The notes beneath the pieces were generated by a model. The model was not told the origin of the DNA. It saw nothing but the letters and a program-made list of their open reading frames with translations, and did not search any database. Position numbers and translations under genes: made by a program. DNA of 64,000 nt from Gemmatimonadota bacterium. Its GTDB lineage: Bacteria; JBHIER01; G020348925. How positions within the stretch are numbered: the stretch's first letter is position 1; every line of letters starts with the position of its first letter. This document shows, in pieces, positions 20,283-31,205 of the stretch. Location: positions 576,469-640,468 of the forward strand of contig CP070758.1 in assembly GCA_020348925.1 (NCBI GenBank). The letters are read 5' to 3'.

Positions 20283-21188
20283 TCAATTTTGTTGGGTGAG
20301 GTGGTTTTGAATCTTCTGAGTGGTGAGTTTTATATGCTCCGGGGTGGTGCCGCAGCAGCCGCCGATGAGGTTGGCCCCGGCCTCGAGAAGGGGGATGACA
20401 CCTTCGGCATAATCCTCCGCCCCCTGGGGGTGGACGGTTTCACCCTCAATCAATCGCGGCACACCGGCGTTGGCCTGGGCTAAAATGGGCAGAGAACTTG
20501 CCAACCTGAACTCTTTCACCAGTAACGCCATCTCTTCAATAGTAATACTTCCACAGTTACAGCCAATGACATGAGCACCGGATTCATTGAGAGTTCGAGC
20601 AGCCTCTTGCGGGCTCACTCCCATCATCGTCCGAAATCCTCTCTTCCCCAGATCAAAGGCCATGGTGGCACAAACAGGGAGATCTGTTACTGAAGTCGCA
20701 GCTTCGATGGCAGCCTTGGTCTCATCCAAGTCACTCATTGTCTCGATGCAGATCAGATCGATCCCGCCATCGACCAAAGCCACGATCTGCTGGCGAAAAC
20801 AATCCCAGAGCTCCTCGTACGTTCGCTCTCCCAAAGGCTCAATGAACTCCCCTGTCGGGCCGACAGAGCCTGCAACGTAGCGACCCTCAGGACGGACCTC
20901 TCCGGCCAGTTGGGCCGCGGCAACGTTGAACGCCTGAACTTTATCGCCATACCCATATTTTCCCAAGAGGTACTTGTTCCCACCGAAAGAATTGGTCAGC
21001 ACCACATCCGAGCCGGCCTCGTAGTAAGCCCTGTGGATCTCTTTGATCACTTCAGGATGGGAGACGTTCCATTCCTCAAGGCAGGTCCCTCGGGGGAGCC
21101 CACGGATCTGAATCTGGGTACCCATGGCACCGTCAAAAAGGAGTACCGACGTCTCTATTCGTTTCAGAAACTCGCTCGTTTCTAACAT
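20283..21188 (-). CDS. Homocysteine S-methyltransferase (stand-alone MetH Hcy-binding domain)
   Basis: LFDGAMGT, IETMSD, GCNC, GGCCGTTPEHI. Confidence 0.92.
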   Translation of the reverse strand: MLETSEFLKRIETSVLLFDGAMGTQIQIRGLPRGTCLEEWNVSHPEVIKEIHRAYYEAGSDVVLTNSFGGNKYLLGKYGYGDKVQAFNVAAAQLAGEVRPEGRYVAGSVGPTGEFIEPLGERTYEELWDCFRQQIVALVDGGIDLICIETMSDLDETKAAIEAATSVTDLPVCATMAFDLGKRGFRTMMGVSPQEAARTLNESGAHVIGCNCGSITIEEMALLVKEFRLASSLPILAQANAGVPRLIEGETVHPQGAEDYAEGVIPLLEAGANLIGGCCGTTPEHIKLTTQKIQNHLTQQN

Positions 21189-21979
21189 TCGAGCTTACCC
21201 TTTCTGTAGGCCGCAATATAGTCCATGCAGTATTCGTCAGAACCGACAAGGGCCCTGGCCGCCCTCAGACCAGCCATCAACCTTTTGTTCAAAGGATTGA
21301 GAATTACCGTATCCAAACCCATAAGCACAGCCATCGATAAAAAGCTTTCATCCAACAAGGCTCGTTTCGGGAGCCCGTAGGAGACGTTTCTCAAACCGCA
21401 GATGATGTGCACCTCAGGCTCTTGAGATCGGATGAGACGGATCGAGTCCAGGCATACTCTCCCGGTGTTCGGACCGCAGGAGATAGGCTCCACGACCGGG
21501 TCTATATAAATATTCTCGTAAGGAACCCCTGCTTTCGTCAATTGTTCGATCAAACTCAGCCCGATTTCGCACCGCACCTCGGGAGAACGAGAGAGCCCTC
21601 GATCGTCCATACACAGGGCGATGACCGAGCTTCCATACTTTCGAATAAGAGGCAGAAAGGAGCTGTAGCGCTCCGTCTCCCCCGTAATGGAGTTTACGAC
21701 TACCATGCTCTTACATTTTTCCAATGCAGATTCTATTGTATCCGCACTCGGTGTATCGATGCACAGGGGAACGCTCACAACATCCTGAACAATTTCGACC
21801 AGCCAGCCCATCAGTTCCGGCTCCTGCCCGACGAAGGTCCCGACGTTGAGATCGATCATATCAGCGCCAGCCGCCTCCTGTTCCTTGGCCTCGTTAGCCA
21901 GAAAAACTGCGTCCCGGTTCTTGACCGCCTCAGCAATCACTTTTCTGCTGGAATTGATACGCTCCCCGATGATGATCAT
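21182..21979 (-). CDS. Methyltetrahydrofolate:corrinoid methyltransferase (pterin-binding, AcsE/MetH-like)
   Basis: MIIIGERIN, GADMIDLN, LCIDT, NSI, YIDP, GLRNVSYGLP. Confidence 0.9.
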   Translation of the reverse strand: MIIIGERINSSRKVIAEAVKNRDAVFLANEAKEQEAAGADMIDLNVGTFVGQEPELMGWLVEIVQDVVSVPLCIDTPSADTIESALEKCKSMVVVNSITGETERYSSFLPLIRKYGSSVIALCMDDRGLSRSPEVRCEIGLSLIEQLTKAGVPYENIYIDPVVEPISCGPNTGRVCLDSIRLIRSQEPEVHIICGLRNVSYGLPKRALLDESFLSMAVLMGLDTVILNPLNKRLMAGLRAARALVGSDEYCMDYIAAYRKGKLEC

Positions 21980-22012
21980 GGGACAGGTTTTTCCTCTTTC
22001 ACTTTCCGACCT

Positions 22013-23485
22013 TTACTCCTCGATCAACGGCAGCCGTTCCAGTCCATACTTCTTCGCATCTGTCTCCATGATGCGCCGCAATGTTTTCGTCACATCCCCT
22101 GGCAGAGGTTTCGGGGTGTGACTCGAAAGTATTCCTCGGACCCGCTCCTTGGCCCGAGCACTCGCTGACGTGCCTCCGGCTTTGATCCAATCATCTCTGT
22201 TGCAGCGGTCGATACAATCACTGGGAATGAAGGGTTCTTTCCGGAGCCACTTCAGCGTCTCGGGAGACGTCAGAAAATGGTCCCCGGCATCGACGTCACC
22301 GTACAGGTCCTCGGCCAGCTTTTCGCTTCGCTGTTCAACACCCTCAACGAGACGAAGCGCTATACCACAAATATCGTTGTCAATGACCAATTTCTCCAGG
22401 CTCTGACAGCTTTCGAAGTCGAGCATCCCCCCCCCGGAGACGACGTTGATCCCTGCGAGAGCAGCGATGACGGCTCCTACCCCCGATTCCAAGCCGGCCT
22501 GATAATCCAAAACCTTTGCGTCGCTGAGCCCCATGTACGCATGGGTGGGAAGTCCCAGGTGGCGACCGATCTGAGCATAGGCGGCGTCGATCATCATGGT
22601 CTCGATGGCTCCCATGGGGGTTGTCCCGCGACGCATGTCGAAAAAGGCGGGCGATCCACCGTAAATAATGGGTGCCCCGGGATTGGCCAGTTGATGAATC
22701 ACAACACCGGATAGGTTTTCGGCAGTGTGCTGAACCAAAGATCCGGCTATTGGAAAAGGTGCGGTGGCGCCGGTCAAGGGCATGGACACGAGCTCGGCAG
22801 GGATACCCGCCTTGGCGCAATCGATGAGGCTCTGACAGGTGAGATTGCTCCACCGCAACGGTGGTGAGGGGCAGCAGTCAAAGATTGCCAGCGGCTTCTC
22901 CTTCAAATTATCGTCCCCACCTCGCACCGCCACGAGCATATCCTTCATCACCCCAAACCCCTCTACGGCGAAGGTTCCCGTCACGACCGGTTTTGTACAG
23001 AACTGCAGGGCAATGAAGAGTCGATAGCGATCGGCTATCTGCTCAGGTACGTCGGCCGGAACGAGACCGGTGCTCTGAGCTGCATATGAATCCAGAGCAT
23101 CCGTCAACGTAGCGAAGTTGACAAGGTCCTGTGTCCTCGGCTGCCGCACCTCCCCACTCTCAGAGTCCAAAATATTGATAGCCGCTGATCCGGGATCAAA
23201 ATGTGGGTTGAAACCTTGAAGATCCATGGCCAGCTCCCCGTCCCGGTCGAAAACATGAATGCCTCGCGGAACCGTGTGCAGACATTTCTCCACCGTACCC
23301 TCTTTGATGAACACCCGGTTCGTCCCCTTGTCAAGCCTCACACCGGACTGCGTAAGAAGAACTCGCGCTTCTTCGTTCTCCACATAGACCCCTGTTTTCT
23401 CCAGAACAGTGAGCGCCTCGGCCACGATATTTTCAACGGCCTCTTCGCTCAGAATTTCCAAAGTCGGTCGCCTCTTTTGAAACAT
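22013..23485 (-). CDS. mttB: Trimethylamine methyltransferase family protein, non-pyrrolysine (MtgB-like)
   Basis: SPPLRW, GATAP, GAPIIYGG, GLSDAKVLDYQAG, LEKLVIDND; no in-frame TAG. Confidence 0.9.
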   Translation of the reverse strand: MFQKRRPTLEILSEEAVENIVAEALTVLEKTGVYVENEEARVLLTQSGVRLDKGTNRVFIKEGTVEKCLHTVPRGIHVFDRDGELAMDLQGFNPHFDPGSAAINILDSESGEVRQPRTQDLVNFATLTDALDSYAAQSTGLVPADVPEQIADRYRLFIALQFCTKPVVTGTFAVEGFGVMKDMLVAVRGGDDNLKEKPLAIFDCCPSPPLRWSNLTCQSLIDCAKAGIPAELVSMPLTGATAPFPIAGSLVQHTAENLSGVVIHQLANPGAPIIYGGSPAFFDMRRGTTPMGAIETMMIDAAYAQIGRHLGLPTHAYMGLSDAKVLDYQAGLESGVGAVIAALAGINVVSGGGMLDFESCQSLEKLVIDNDICGIALRLVEGVEQRSEKLAEDLYGDVDAGDHFLTSPETLKWLRKEPFIPSDCIDRCNRDDWIKAGGTSASARAKERVRGILSSHTPKPLPGDVTKTLRRIMETDAKKYGLERLPLIEE

Positions 23486-23603
23486 TATATATTTCTCCGC
23501 TTAATTTGGAAGGGGCACAGGATCCACGAACTCAAGGATTCAAGTCCTTAAAGGGAGCGGTTCCATTGTGCCCTGATCCCTTGGTCCCTGGACTCCTCGA
23601 AGC

Positions 23604-24239
23604 CTACACCTCAAGTATCTCTTTCATCTTGGCCACAGCCGCGGCAGAATCAGGGGCGTGCGCGTCGGCTCCGACCTCCTCAGCAAAACTGAGACTCACA
23701 GGAGCGCCACCGATCATCGTCTTCACAGTTTCCCTGAGCCCCGCCTCCTTCAGGGCCTGGATCGTCTCTTTCATGGCCGGCATCGTTGTCGTCAGCAGGG
23801 CAGACATGGCCACAATGTCGGGATGATGTTCCTCAACGGCTTTTACGAAATGTTGGGGGGAGACATCGACCCCCAGATCGATCACCTCAAAACCCGCCCC
23901 CTCCATCATCATCGCCACAAGATTCTTACCGATGTCGTGACGGTCGCCCTGAACGGTACCGATGACGATTTTACCCTTCGGTTTGGCCTCGGTTTGCGTA
24001 AGAAGCGGCTTCAGAATCTCCATGGCCGAATTCATGGCCTTGGCCGCAATAAGCACCTCCGGTAAAAAAAAGTCGTTGTTCTGAAACTTCACGCCGACCT
24101 CATCCATGGCCGGAATGAGAGCCCCGTTCAGAATTTCAGAAGGAGATAGGCTTTGGTTCAAAGCCCGGCGGGTCAGCGCCCCGCTCTGCTCCCATCGGCC
24201 TTCGATTACGGCCGCTCGAATTTCATCAAGAAGTTGCAC
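23604..24239 (-). CDS. Corrinoid (B12-binding) protein
   Basis: GTVQGDRHDIGKNLV, MSALLTTTM, IGGAP; GTG start after GGGAGG. Confidence 0.93.
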   Translation of the reverse strand: MQLLDEIRAAVIEGRWEQSGALTRRALNQSLSPSEILNGALIPAMDEVGVKFQNNDFFLPEVLIAAKAMNSAMEILKPLLTQTEAKPKGKIVIGTVQGDRHDIGKNLVAMMMEGAGFEVIDLGVDVSPQHFVKAVEEHHPDIVAMSALLTTTMPAMKETIQALKEAGLRETVKTMIGGAPVSLSFAEEVGADAHAPDSAAAVAKMKEILEV

Positions 24240-24430
24240 TTCTATCCTCCCTGCTGTCACTTTGAATTTTCATCTCTCCTGAGGCACACGCACATCTTAA
24301 CATATATAATTTAAACGATAATAATAATATNNNNNNNNNNNNNNNNNNNNNNNNNNNNNNNNNNNNNNNNNNNNNNNNNNNNNNNNNNNNNNNNNNNNNN
24401 NNNNNNNNNNNNNNNNNNNNNNNNNNNNNN

Positions 24431-24582
24431 TAAGGGGGCTGATGTAATATGATGTCTTTAAGGGGGCTGATGTAATATGATGTCTTTAAGGGGGCTGATG
24501 TAATATGATGTCTTTAAGGGGGCTGATGTAATATGATGTCTGTAAGGGGGCTGACGTAATATGATGTCTGTAAGAGGGCTGA
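24431..24582. repeat. 28-bp tandem repeat, at least 5 units, abutting a gap
   Basis: TAAGGGGGCTGATGTAATATGATGTCT(T/G) head-to-tail with no spacers. Confidence 0.95.
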
Positions 24583-25189
24583 ATAGAACATCTGCAGTTT
24601 TACTCTCTCGATGCTTACGAGGTTACAAAATCGAGTTATGACAAACTTATTCAAATATACTCTATTCTTTAGTTATTGTCAAGCATTATGAAACATAAAC
24701 TAACAATATACGTTGTGTTTCTTTCCTCAAGCCACTCTAAATTGTGCTCCTTTATTGTCATTCTAACTCCCGAAACAAGCTCGAGACAAGCTCCTTGGAG
24801 GCATCTGGCTTCGTAACATCGACAGATTTCTCGACACGCCTGTGCCGACCTCCACTCGGAACTCAGTTTCACCTTTGGGTCGGACCAAGTTAACTCATTG
24901 GTATTCAATGAAAACTTGCTAAAAATACGATGAATTTTATCCTTAGAACAACATTTTCAGGGTTGAAATCGGGCCTATAAGGTTGATTTTATCAAGAAAA
25001 GAGGACACATTTTATTCTCAAATCCTTTTTGATTTCACTTTTGAAAGGGAGAGAATGGTTAATTGGGATATGGTACTAACACCTCTCTAAATCTCCCCTT
25101 CGTAAAGGAGACTTGAACATATGCCCGATTAGGATCTTGAATTGGGGAACCTCAGAAAAGGATCCCGAAAAGCATCGGGACGATCTGCT

Positions 25190-25226
25190 AAAAGAAAAAG
25201 CCCTTCAGTTAACTACCGAAGGGCTT
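25190..25226 (-). terminator. Intrinsic terminator-like hairpin
   Basis: AAGCCCTTC-N11-GAAGGGCTT with a T-rich tail on the minus strand. Confidence 0.6.
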
Positions 25227-25451
25227 GAATTTCAATGGCGGGCCTTATTAAATTATTTTAAAACTTTTATCCACTCTCCAGACATTAGAATATTAATCCA
25301 GACTTATCCAAAAAGTTTTCGATGGATCACTTCTTGAAAGTGTCGGAAGGTATTAAGTTAACCCCTTTCTTCAAAGTGATGAATATCAAAGATAACACAC
25401 ACTTTCCTCGTATGTAAAGAAACTGCATGTTTCGGCCAAAATTGGCAGAAT

Positions 25452-26939
25452 TTACTTCAGCAATATCATACGCTTGGTGTCAGTAAAATTGCCACTTGTC
25501 AGCCGATAGAAATAGATACCGCTGGCAACATGGGCTCCGAACTCATTTCTGCCGTTCCATTGAACATTATAATATCCAGGAACTTGAAATTGATCGACCA
25601 GATTCTTAACCTCTTGTCCCAAGATGTTATATACCGTTAAAATCACATGGCTTTGGTGTGGGATTTGGTATTTTAATGTCGTAGCCGAATTGAAGGGATT
25701 GGGATAGGGGGAATGGAGGCCAAATTCGTATGGATGGTGGAGACTTGGATCAATTTCCACAGCCGTTTCACTGTCAAGGCGAATCAAGTAGCCGTCTGCA
25801 TCACCGGCGCCAAAGGACTCTGTGTGTCCTGCAATGATATACCCCTCATCATCTGTTTGCTGGACGCTCATACCAACATCCCGCTCGCTTCCCCCAAAAG
25901 TGCGGTTCCATAGCTCGTTGCCCAAGGAATCGGTATTTATCACCCAGATATCTTCTTGACCGGCGCCGAAGGACTCAGTTTCTCCGGTGATGATATATCC
26001 CCCATCACTGGTCTGCTGAACGCTGTTTCCCTGATCCCAATGGCTTCCCCCGAAGGTTTTGTTCCAATCTTCGTTGCCAAGAGAATCGGTCTTGATAAAC
26101 CAGACGTCTGCGCTGTCAGTGCCAGAGGAAATAGTAAATCCAACAATAATATACCCACCGTCGGTTGTTTGATCAACGCTGTTGCCCCCATCCCCACTGC
26201 TTCCCCCGAAGGTTTGGTTCCAATCTTCGTTGCCCAAGGAATCGGTCTTGATTAACCAGACATCATAACTACCGGCGCCAAAGGACTTAGTTACTCCAGT
26301 AATGATATATCCTCCATCAACAGTCTGCATTACGGTAACGGCCCAATCCTCCTTGCTTCCCCCGAAGGTTTGGTTCCAATCTTCGTTGCCTAAGGAATCG
26401 GTCTTGATTAACCAGACATCATAACTACCGGCGCCAAAGGACTCAGTGAATCCTGCGATGATATATCCTCCATCGGTGGTCTGCTGAACGCTGTAACCAT
26501 AATCCGAAGAGTTTCCCCCGAAGGTGCGGTTCCATTCTTCGCTGCCCCCAGCATCAGTTTTAATCAACCAGATATCTACTTGACCAGCGCCAAAGGAATC
26601 AGTTTGTCCTGTCATGATATATCCTTCATCGTCAGTCTGCTCAACATCCCAAGCTCCTTCTGCACCACTTTCCCCGAAGGTTCTTGTCCAAAGGCTGTCA
26701 CCGTTCCCATCTGTCTTAATCATCCAAACATCACCACTGCCAGCACCATAAGAATGTGTCGATCCCGTAATGATATATCCCCCATCGGTGGTCTGCTGAA
26801 CGCTGGTGAAAACGTCAGTACTCCATTCCCCAAAAGTTTGGGTCCAGAGGATTTCGAGTGGCTGAGCGTAAGTGATGGAAACAGTCAGGAGAAGCACGGA
26901 AAGAACGGTCAGCAGAGATTTAATGGATCGAGTTTTCAT
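25452..26939 (-). CDS. Secreted beta-propeller repeat protein with T9SS/FlgD-type CTD
   Basis: Signal peptide; seven ~51-aa repeats W..TFGG..D...SVQQT.DGGYII.G.T.SFGAG..D.W.IKTD; YPNPFN...KRMILLK. Confidence 0.92.
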   Translation of the reverse strand: MKTRSIKSLLTVLSVLLLTVSITYAQPLEILWTQTFGEWSTDVFTSVQQTTDGGYIITGSTHSYGAGSGDVWMIKTDGNGDSLWTRTFGESGAEGAWDVEQTDDEGYIMTGQTDSFGAGQVDIWLIKTDAGGSEEWNRTFGGNSSDYGYSVQQTTDGGYIIAGFTESFGAGSYDVWLIKTDSLGNEDWNQTFGGSKEDWAVTVMQTVDGGYIITGVTKSFGAGSYDVWLIKTDSLGNEDWNQTFGGSSGDGGNSVDQTTDGGYIIVGFTISSGTDSADVWFIKTDSLGNEDWNKTFGGSHWDQGNSVQQTSDGGYIITGETESFGAGQEDIWVINTDSLGNELWNRTFGGSERDVGMSVQQTDDEGYIIAGHTESFGAGDADGYLIRLDSETAVEIDPSLHHPYEFGLHSPYPNPFNSATTLKYQIPHQSHVILTVYNILGQEVKNLVDQFQVPGYYNVQWNGRNEFGAHVASGIYFYRLTSGNFTDTKRMILLK

Positions 26940-28061
26940 GGCTTACCTCCATGTTATTTGATCGGTCATGCCAAATAGAACGGACTCAGGATAAGGAGAC
27001 ACGCAATGAACGCTATCCAGTGTCTTGACATCATTCCCTCCTCCATTGTATTTATTGTCCGATACTATTCTTGCTCTAACGGCTCACAATGACTATCCTC
27101 TCTGCAGGCTAATGATAAAGCATCAAACTTGAGTAATACAAAACCTATTCTCTTGAAGCTTTTCAGAAACATCATAGCCTCAGATTCAAGGGTAGCGATA
27201 AGGGCACTTCTACATCCTTTAGGGAATTATCTTTAAAATTTAGAACAAGATCTGGATCAATTGGGTAAGTCAGGAGAGTAACTGGTTATTTGACAATTCA
27301 GGATTTACATCACCTTCAAGTCCGCTTCAACAGTCCAATAGCAGATTCCTAACAATTTGAAATCTACCTTGTCAAGGTCTATTTGTCAAGTAATTTTATA
27401 TCCCCAAAGATTGACAAGTTTCACCCAAAATAATCACAAAATTGTCGAAATTCAAAGCGAGTCTTTCTTACACTATTCGAGACTATATCCGGTCGAGATT
27501 CCGTGATTGATCTGTTCCCTGTGAGAAATGAAAAATCATATGTAATAAAAGCAAATGAACTGTCAATGTCAAGACTTTTTAAATGCCGAAATATGAATAA
27601 AATTGACCGCGAAAATGGAGATGTGACCGGAAAAACCTTCATTGTCAATATTCCCATGTGTGTGAAAAGAGGTCGTTTTCATTTCGGGAAAAATTTTCAA
27701 TTTTTATGCCAGATTTATGCCATGTTTTGCCTGACCTGATCCGGGGACAATACTCGCGTTTCAGCCTGAAGCGTCACCTTGAAAACCCTGATGGACCTTG
27801 AAGGATCCTGTGCCAAGAGGGGGGAAAATCATGAGCGCAACAATAATGAAGACAATCCGAAAGAAGAACTTGACTCTAAGGAAAATTCACATTAACTTTA
27901 AAAGCCTGAGATCCTTGACTTTCAGACAGTCAGCCATCACACAGCGATGGGACTTGCCTCTGAAGAGCAATAAGGTAAGTCCCCTTTGTGTTCACGGGGG
28001 ACACAAATGATGGTGTTCTTGTCAATTCTATTGTATTTATAACCGAAGGGAGAACGCTAAG

Positions 28062-30122
28062 GTGAAGGAGTATACCACAGATCAATTGAGAAATATCGCC
28101 CTCATTGGGCATGGCGGGGTCGGCAAAACCACCCTCAACGAGGCCGCTCTTTTCACGGCAGGCGAGACGAACAGACAGGGGACGGTTGATGATGGAACCA
28201 CCGTCTCCGACTATAATGAGGACGAGATTGAGCGCAAGATATCCATCAGCGCTTGTCTCAGCCATCTTGACTGGAAGAACCACAAGATCAACATAATAGA
28301 CACACCCGGGTATACCGATTTCACCGGCGAGGTCATCGGTGCCTTGCGCGTCGTGGAAGGGGCCGTGGTCCTCCTCAACGCCGTCACCGGTGTTGAGGTC
28401 GGTACCGAGAAAGTGTGGCGGGATGCCGAGAAAAACGGTGTCGCCCGACTTCTCTTTATCAACAGCATGGACAAGGAGCATGCCGATTTTTACAAGGCCT
28501 TGGACATGGCCCGGGATCGGTTCGGCACGGCCGTTGTGCCGCTTCAGCTGCCTATCGGGCAGGCGGCCGATTTCAAGGGGGTCGTCGATTTGGTCAGCAT
28601 GAAGGCCTTGCTCTTTGAGTCGGGTTCCGGAAAATTCACGGAGGGGGATATCCCCGAGGATATGAAAGGAAAGGTGGATGAGTATCGGGAGAAGTTCGTC
28701 GAGGGTGTGGCCGAGAGCGACGATGAGCTCCTCGAGATCTTCTTCGAGGCGGGCGATCTGACCGACGAACAGATGAAGAAGGGCCTGAAAAAAGGCATCC
28801 TCAGCGGACAGGTCTACCCGGTTTTCTGTGGGGCTGCCGAGGACAACATGGGCACCGGTGCGCTTCTCGATGCTATCATCGATTACGTTCCCTCACCCTC
28901 GCAGGTTCCGATTGACGATGGGACCCTGGAACCCAAAGCCGATGGGCCGGCAGCCGCCCTGGTCTTCAAAACGATTTCAGAACCCCACGTGGGCGAGCTG
29001 TCCCTCTTTCGGGTCTACTCCGGGACGATCAAGACAGGGGCCGATATGTTCAATGTGACCAACGATCAGAGCGAACGCATCGGACAGATCTCCACGCTCA
29101 AAGGCAGAGAGAGAAAAGAGATCGGGCTCGTGACCGCCGGTGATATGGGCGCTGTGGTCAAATTGAAGAACACCCATACCGGTGACACCCTCAGCGACAA
29201 AAAAGCCAAAATCGCCTTGAAAGGTATCGACTTCCCAGAGCCCAATATCAGAATTGCCATTGAGCCCAAAGCCAGGGGCGACGAGGAGAAGATCTCGAAC
29301 GGATTGCAGAGTCTCCATGATGAGGATCCCACTTTTATCGCCAAGTACGATCCGGAGCTGAAGCAGATGATTATCTCCGGCCAGGGTGAGCTCCATCTGA
29401 CGGTGATCATCGATCGTCTCAAACGCAAGTTCAAGGTCGAGGTCAACGAGCTGCAACCGAAGATTCCCTACCGTGAAACGATTACTGCCGTGGGCGATTC
29501 CAAGTATCGCCATAAAAAACAGACCGGTGGAGCGGGCCAGTTTGCGGAGGTCTGGATGCGGGTCGAGCCTTTGGAGAGAGGATCAGGCGTCCAGTTCGAA
29601 AGCGAAGTGGTCGGCATGGCCATCGACCGGGTCTTCATCCCTTCCATCGAAAAAGGGGTCCGTGCCGCCGCTCAGGATGGGGTTATCTCCGGGTGTATTG
29701 TAACCGACGTCAAGGCCGTCGTCTACGACGGCAAGCAGCACCCCGTTGATTCCAAGGACATCGCCTTTCAGATCGCCGGACGCGAAGCCTTTAAGGAAGG
29801 GTTCCAAAAGGCCAAACCGATTCTCTTGGAGCCGATCTACGATGTCGAGGCGACGGTTCCTGAGGCCTATACCGGTGATGTCGTGGGAGACCTCAACAGC
29901 CGTCGTGGCAGAATCCTCGGCATGGAGGCCCAGGGTCCGTTCCAGGTGGTCAAGGCCAAGGTCCCATTGGGTGAGATGTACAAATATTCAACGACCCTGA
30001 GGTCGCTGACCCAGGGAACAGGCGGGCACGTAATGAAATTCTCCCATTACGAGGAGGTTCCGAGAGACGTTCAGGAGAAGATTATTGCCCAAGCGAAGGC
30101 TGAAAAGGAGAAGAAGGAATAG
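28062..30122 (+). CDS. fusA: Elongation factor G paralog (EF-G2 type)
   Basis: GHGGVGKTT, DTPGY, GQGELHL, YRET, KKQTGGAGQF, LLEPI. Confidence 0.93.
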   Translation: MKEYTTDQLRNIALIGHGGVGKTTLNEAALFTAGETNRQGTVDDGTTVSDYNEDEIERKISISACLSHLDWKNHKINIIDTPGYTDFTGEVIGALRVVEGAVVLLNAVTGVEVGTEKVWRDAEKNGVARLLFINSMDKEHADFYKALDMARDRFGTAVVPLQLPIGQAADFKGVVDLVSMKALLFESGSGKFTEGDIPEDMKGKVDEYREKFVEGVAESDDELLEIFFEAGDLTDEQMKKGLKKGILSGQVYPVFCGAAEDNMGTGALLDAIIDYVPSPSQVPIDDGTLEPKADGPAAALVFKTISEPHVGELSLFRVYSGTIKTGADMFNVTNDQSERIGQISTLKGRERKEIGLVTAGDMGAVVKLKNTHTGDTLSDKKAKIALKGIDFPEPNIRIAIEPKARGDEEKISNGLQSLHDEDPTFIAKYDPELKQMIISGQGELHLTVIIDRLKRKFKVEVNELQPKIPYRETITAVGDSKYRHKKQTGGAGQFAEVWMRVEPLERGSGVQFESEVVGMAIDRVFIPSIEKGVRAAAQDGVISGCIVTDVKAVVYDGKQHPVDSKDIAFQIAGREAFKEGFQKAKPILLEPIYDVEATVPEAYTGDVVGDLNSRRGRILGMEAQGPFQVVKAKVPLGEMYKYSTTLRSLTQGTGGHVMKFSHYEEVPRDVQEKIIAQAKAEKEKKE

Positions 30123-30158
30123 TTATTCCATTGGCCATAACACTGACTCTGATACAAC

Positions 30159-30190
30159 GAAACGGTGCTCTTGACGGGAGCACCGTTTTT
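30159..30190 (+). terminator. Intrinsic terminator after EF-G
   Basis: AAACGGTGCTC...GAGCACCGTTTTT. Confidence 0.8.
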
Positions 30191-30204
30191 CATGGTTCCC
30201 AACG

Positions 30205-31134
30205 ATGATTGCGCTCTCCACCCTGTGGAACGCCACCAGACATGAGAACGGCCTTGACCTCGTCCGGGAGGCCGTGGAGCTCGGATTTCCTGCCATCGAG
30301 GTCAACTACAAGATCACCGAACGAATGTTCGGGGAGATCACCGCTTGTGTCGCTAGAGATGAGATCCGGGTCGTCAGCCTCCATAACTTCTCACCCCTTG
30401 CGGAATCTCTTACGAAGAATGACGGCAGCGGGGATCTGTATTTGCTCTCATCGACAGACGAAAAGAGGCGTACCGAGGCTGTGGAGCAAACGAAGCGGAC
30501 CATCGATCATGCCCTCGAGGCAGGGGCAGAAGCCGTCGTTGTGCATCTGGGGAAATCGGAAGAGGACGTTCGTCAACAACAAGCACTGGAGCAAGAGCTG
30601 AGAGCCCTGACCGCTTCCGGTGACAAAAACCGGGCCGTGACCGGTAGGCTGAGAGCCGCGCTGATCACCATGAGGGAGCGGGCCAAAGGGCCTTGTCTTG
30701 AGGCGGTTGTCCGAAGCCTTGACGAACTGGCGGAGTACGCATCGCAACACAGGGTCATGCTGGGCATTGAAAATCGGGCCCACTTCTGCGAAATCCCCAG
30801 CTTCGAAGAGATCGAAGCCCTTTTGGAGCGCTTCGACGCCTCGGTCATTGGATATTGGCACGATACCGGACACGCCCAGATCTTTGAGAATTTAGGATTC
30901 GTGCCCCACCAGGAATACTTGAAACGTTACAGCTCAAGGCTGCTCGGCATTCATCTCCACGACTCGCGGGGCAATCACGACCATCTTGCTCCGGGGACAG
31001 GGAGCAATCATTTCGAAATGGTCGCCCGGTATGTGGACCCCACAACCCTCAAAGTACTGGAGGTGAAGAGCACAGTATCGGCGCCAGAAATTCAACAGGG
31101 ACTTACCTTTCTCAGGGATCGGGGCATTCAATAA
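30205..31134 (+). CDS. Sugar phosphate isomerase/epimerase (xylose isomerase-like TIM barrel)
   Basis: SLHN, GIENR, WHDTGH, IHLHD, DHLAPG, VLEV. Confidence 0.85.
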   Translation: MIALSTLWNATRHENGLDLVREAVELGFPAIEVNYKITERMFGEITACVARDEIRVVSLHNFSPLAESLTKNDGSGDLYLLSSTDEKRRTEAVEQTKRTIDHALEAGAEAVVVHLGKSEEDVRQQQALEQELRALTASGDKNRAVTGRLRAALITMRERAKGPCLEAVVRSLDELAEYASQHRVMLGIENRAHFCEIPSFEEIEALLERFDASVIGYWHDTGHAQIFENLGFVPHQEYLKRYSSRLLGIHLHDSRGNHDHLAPGTGSNHFEMVARYVDPTTLKVLEVKSTVSAPEIQQGLTFLRDRGIQ

Positions 31135-31205
31135 TTTTGTTGCTGGAGATACTATTATCTTTTATTTTTTCAAAAAAATAATCTATTCGACGAGGAGGAA
31201 CGACG

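Noticed and set aside
22013-23485. Pyrrolysine recoding
   Set aside because: The frame has no internal TAG and no pyl genes are present
24431-24582. CRISPR array
   Set aside because: Units are head-to-tail with no spacers, and no cas genes are present
25260-28050. Replication origin (two one-mismatch DnaA-box-like 9-mers near 25267 and 25304; AT-rich 26940-28050)
   Set aside because: Too few boxes and no dnaA/dnaN context; the repeated TGTCAA motifs fit ordinary divergent promoters
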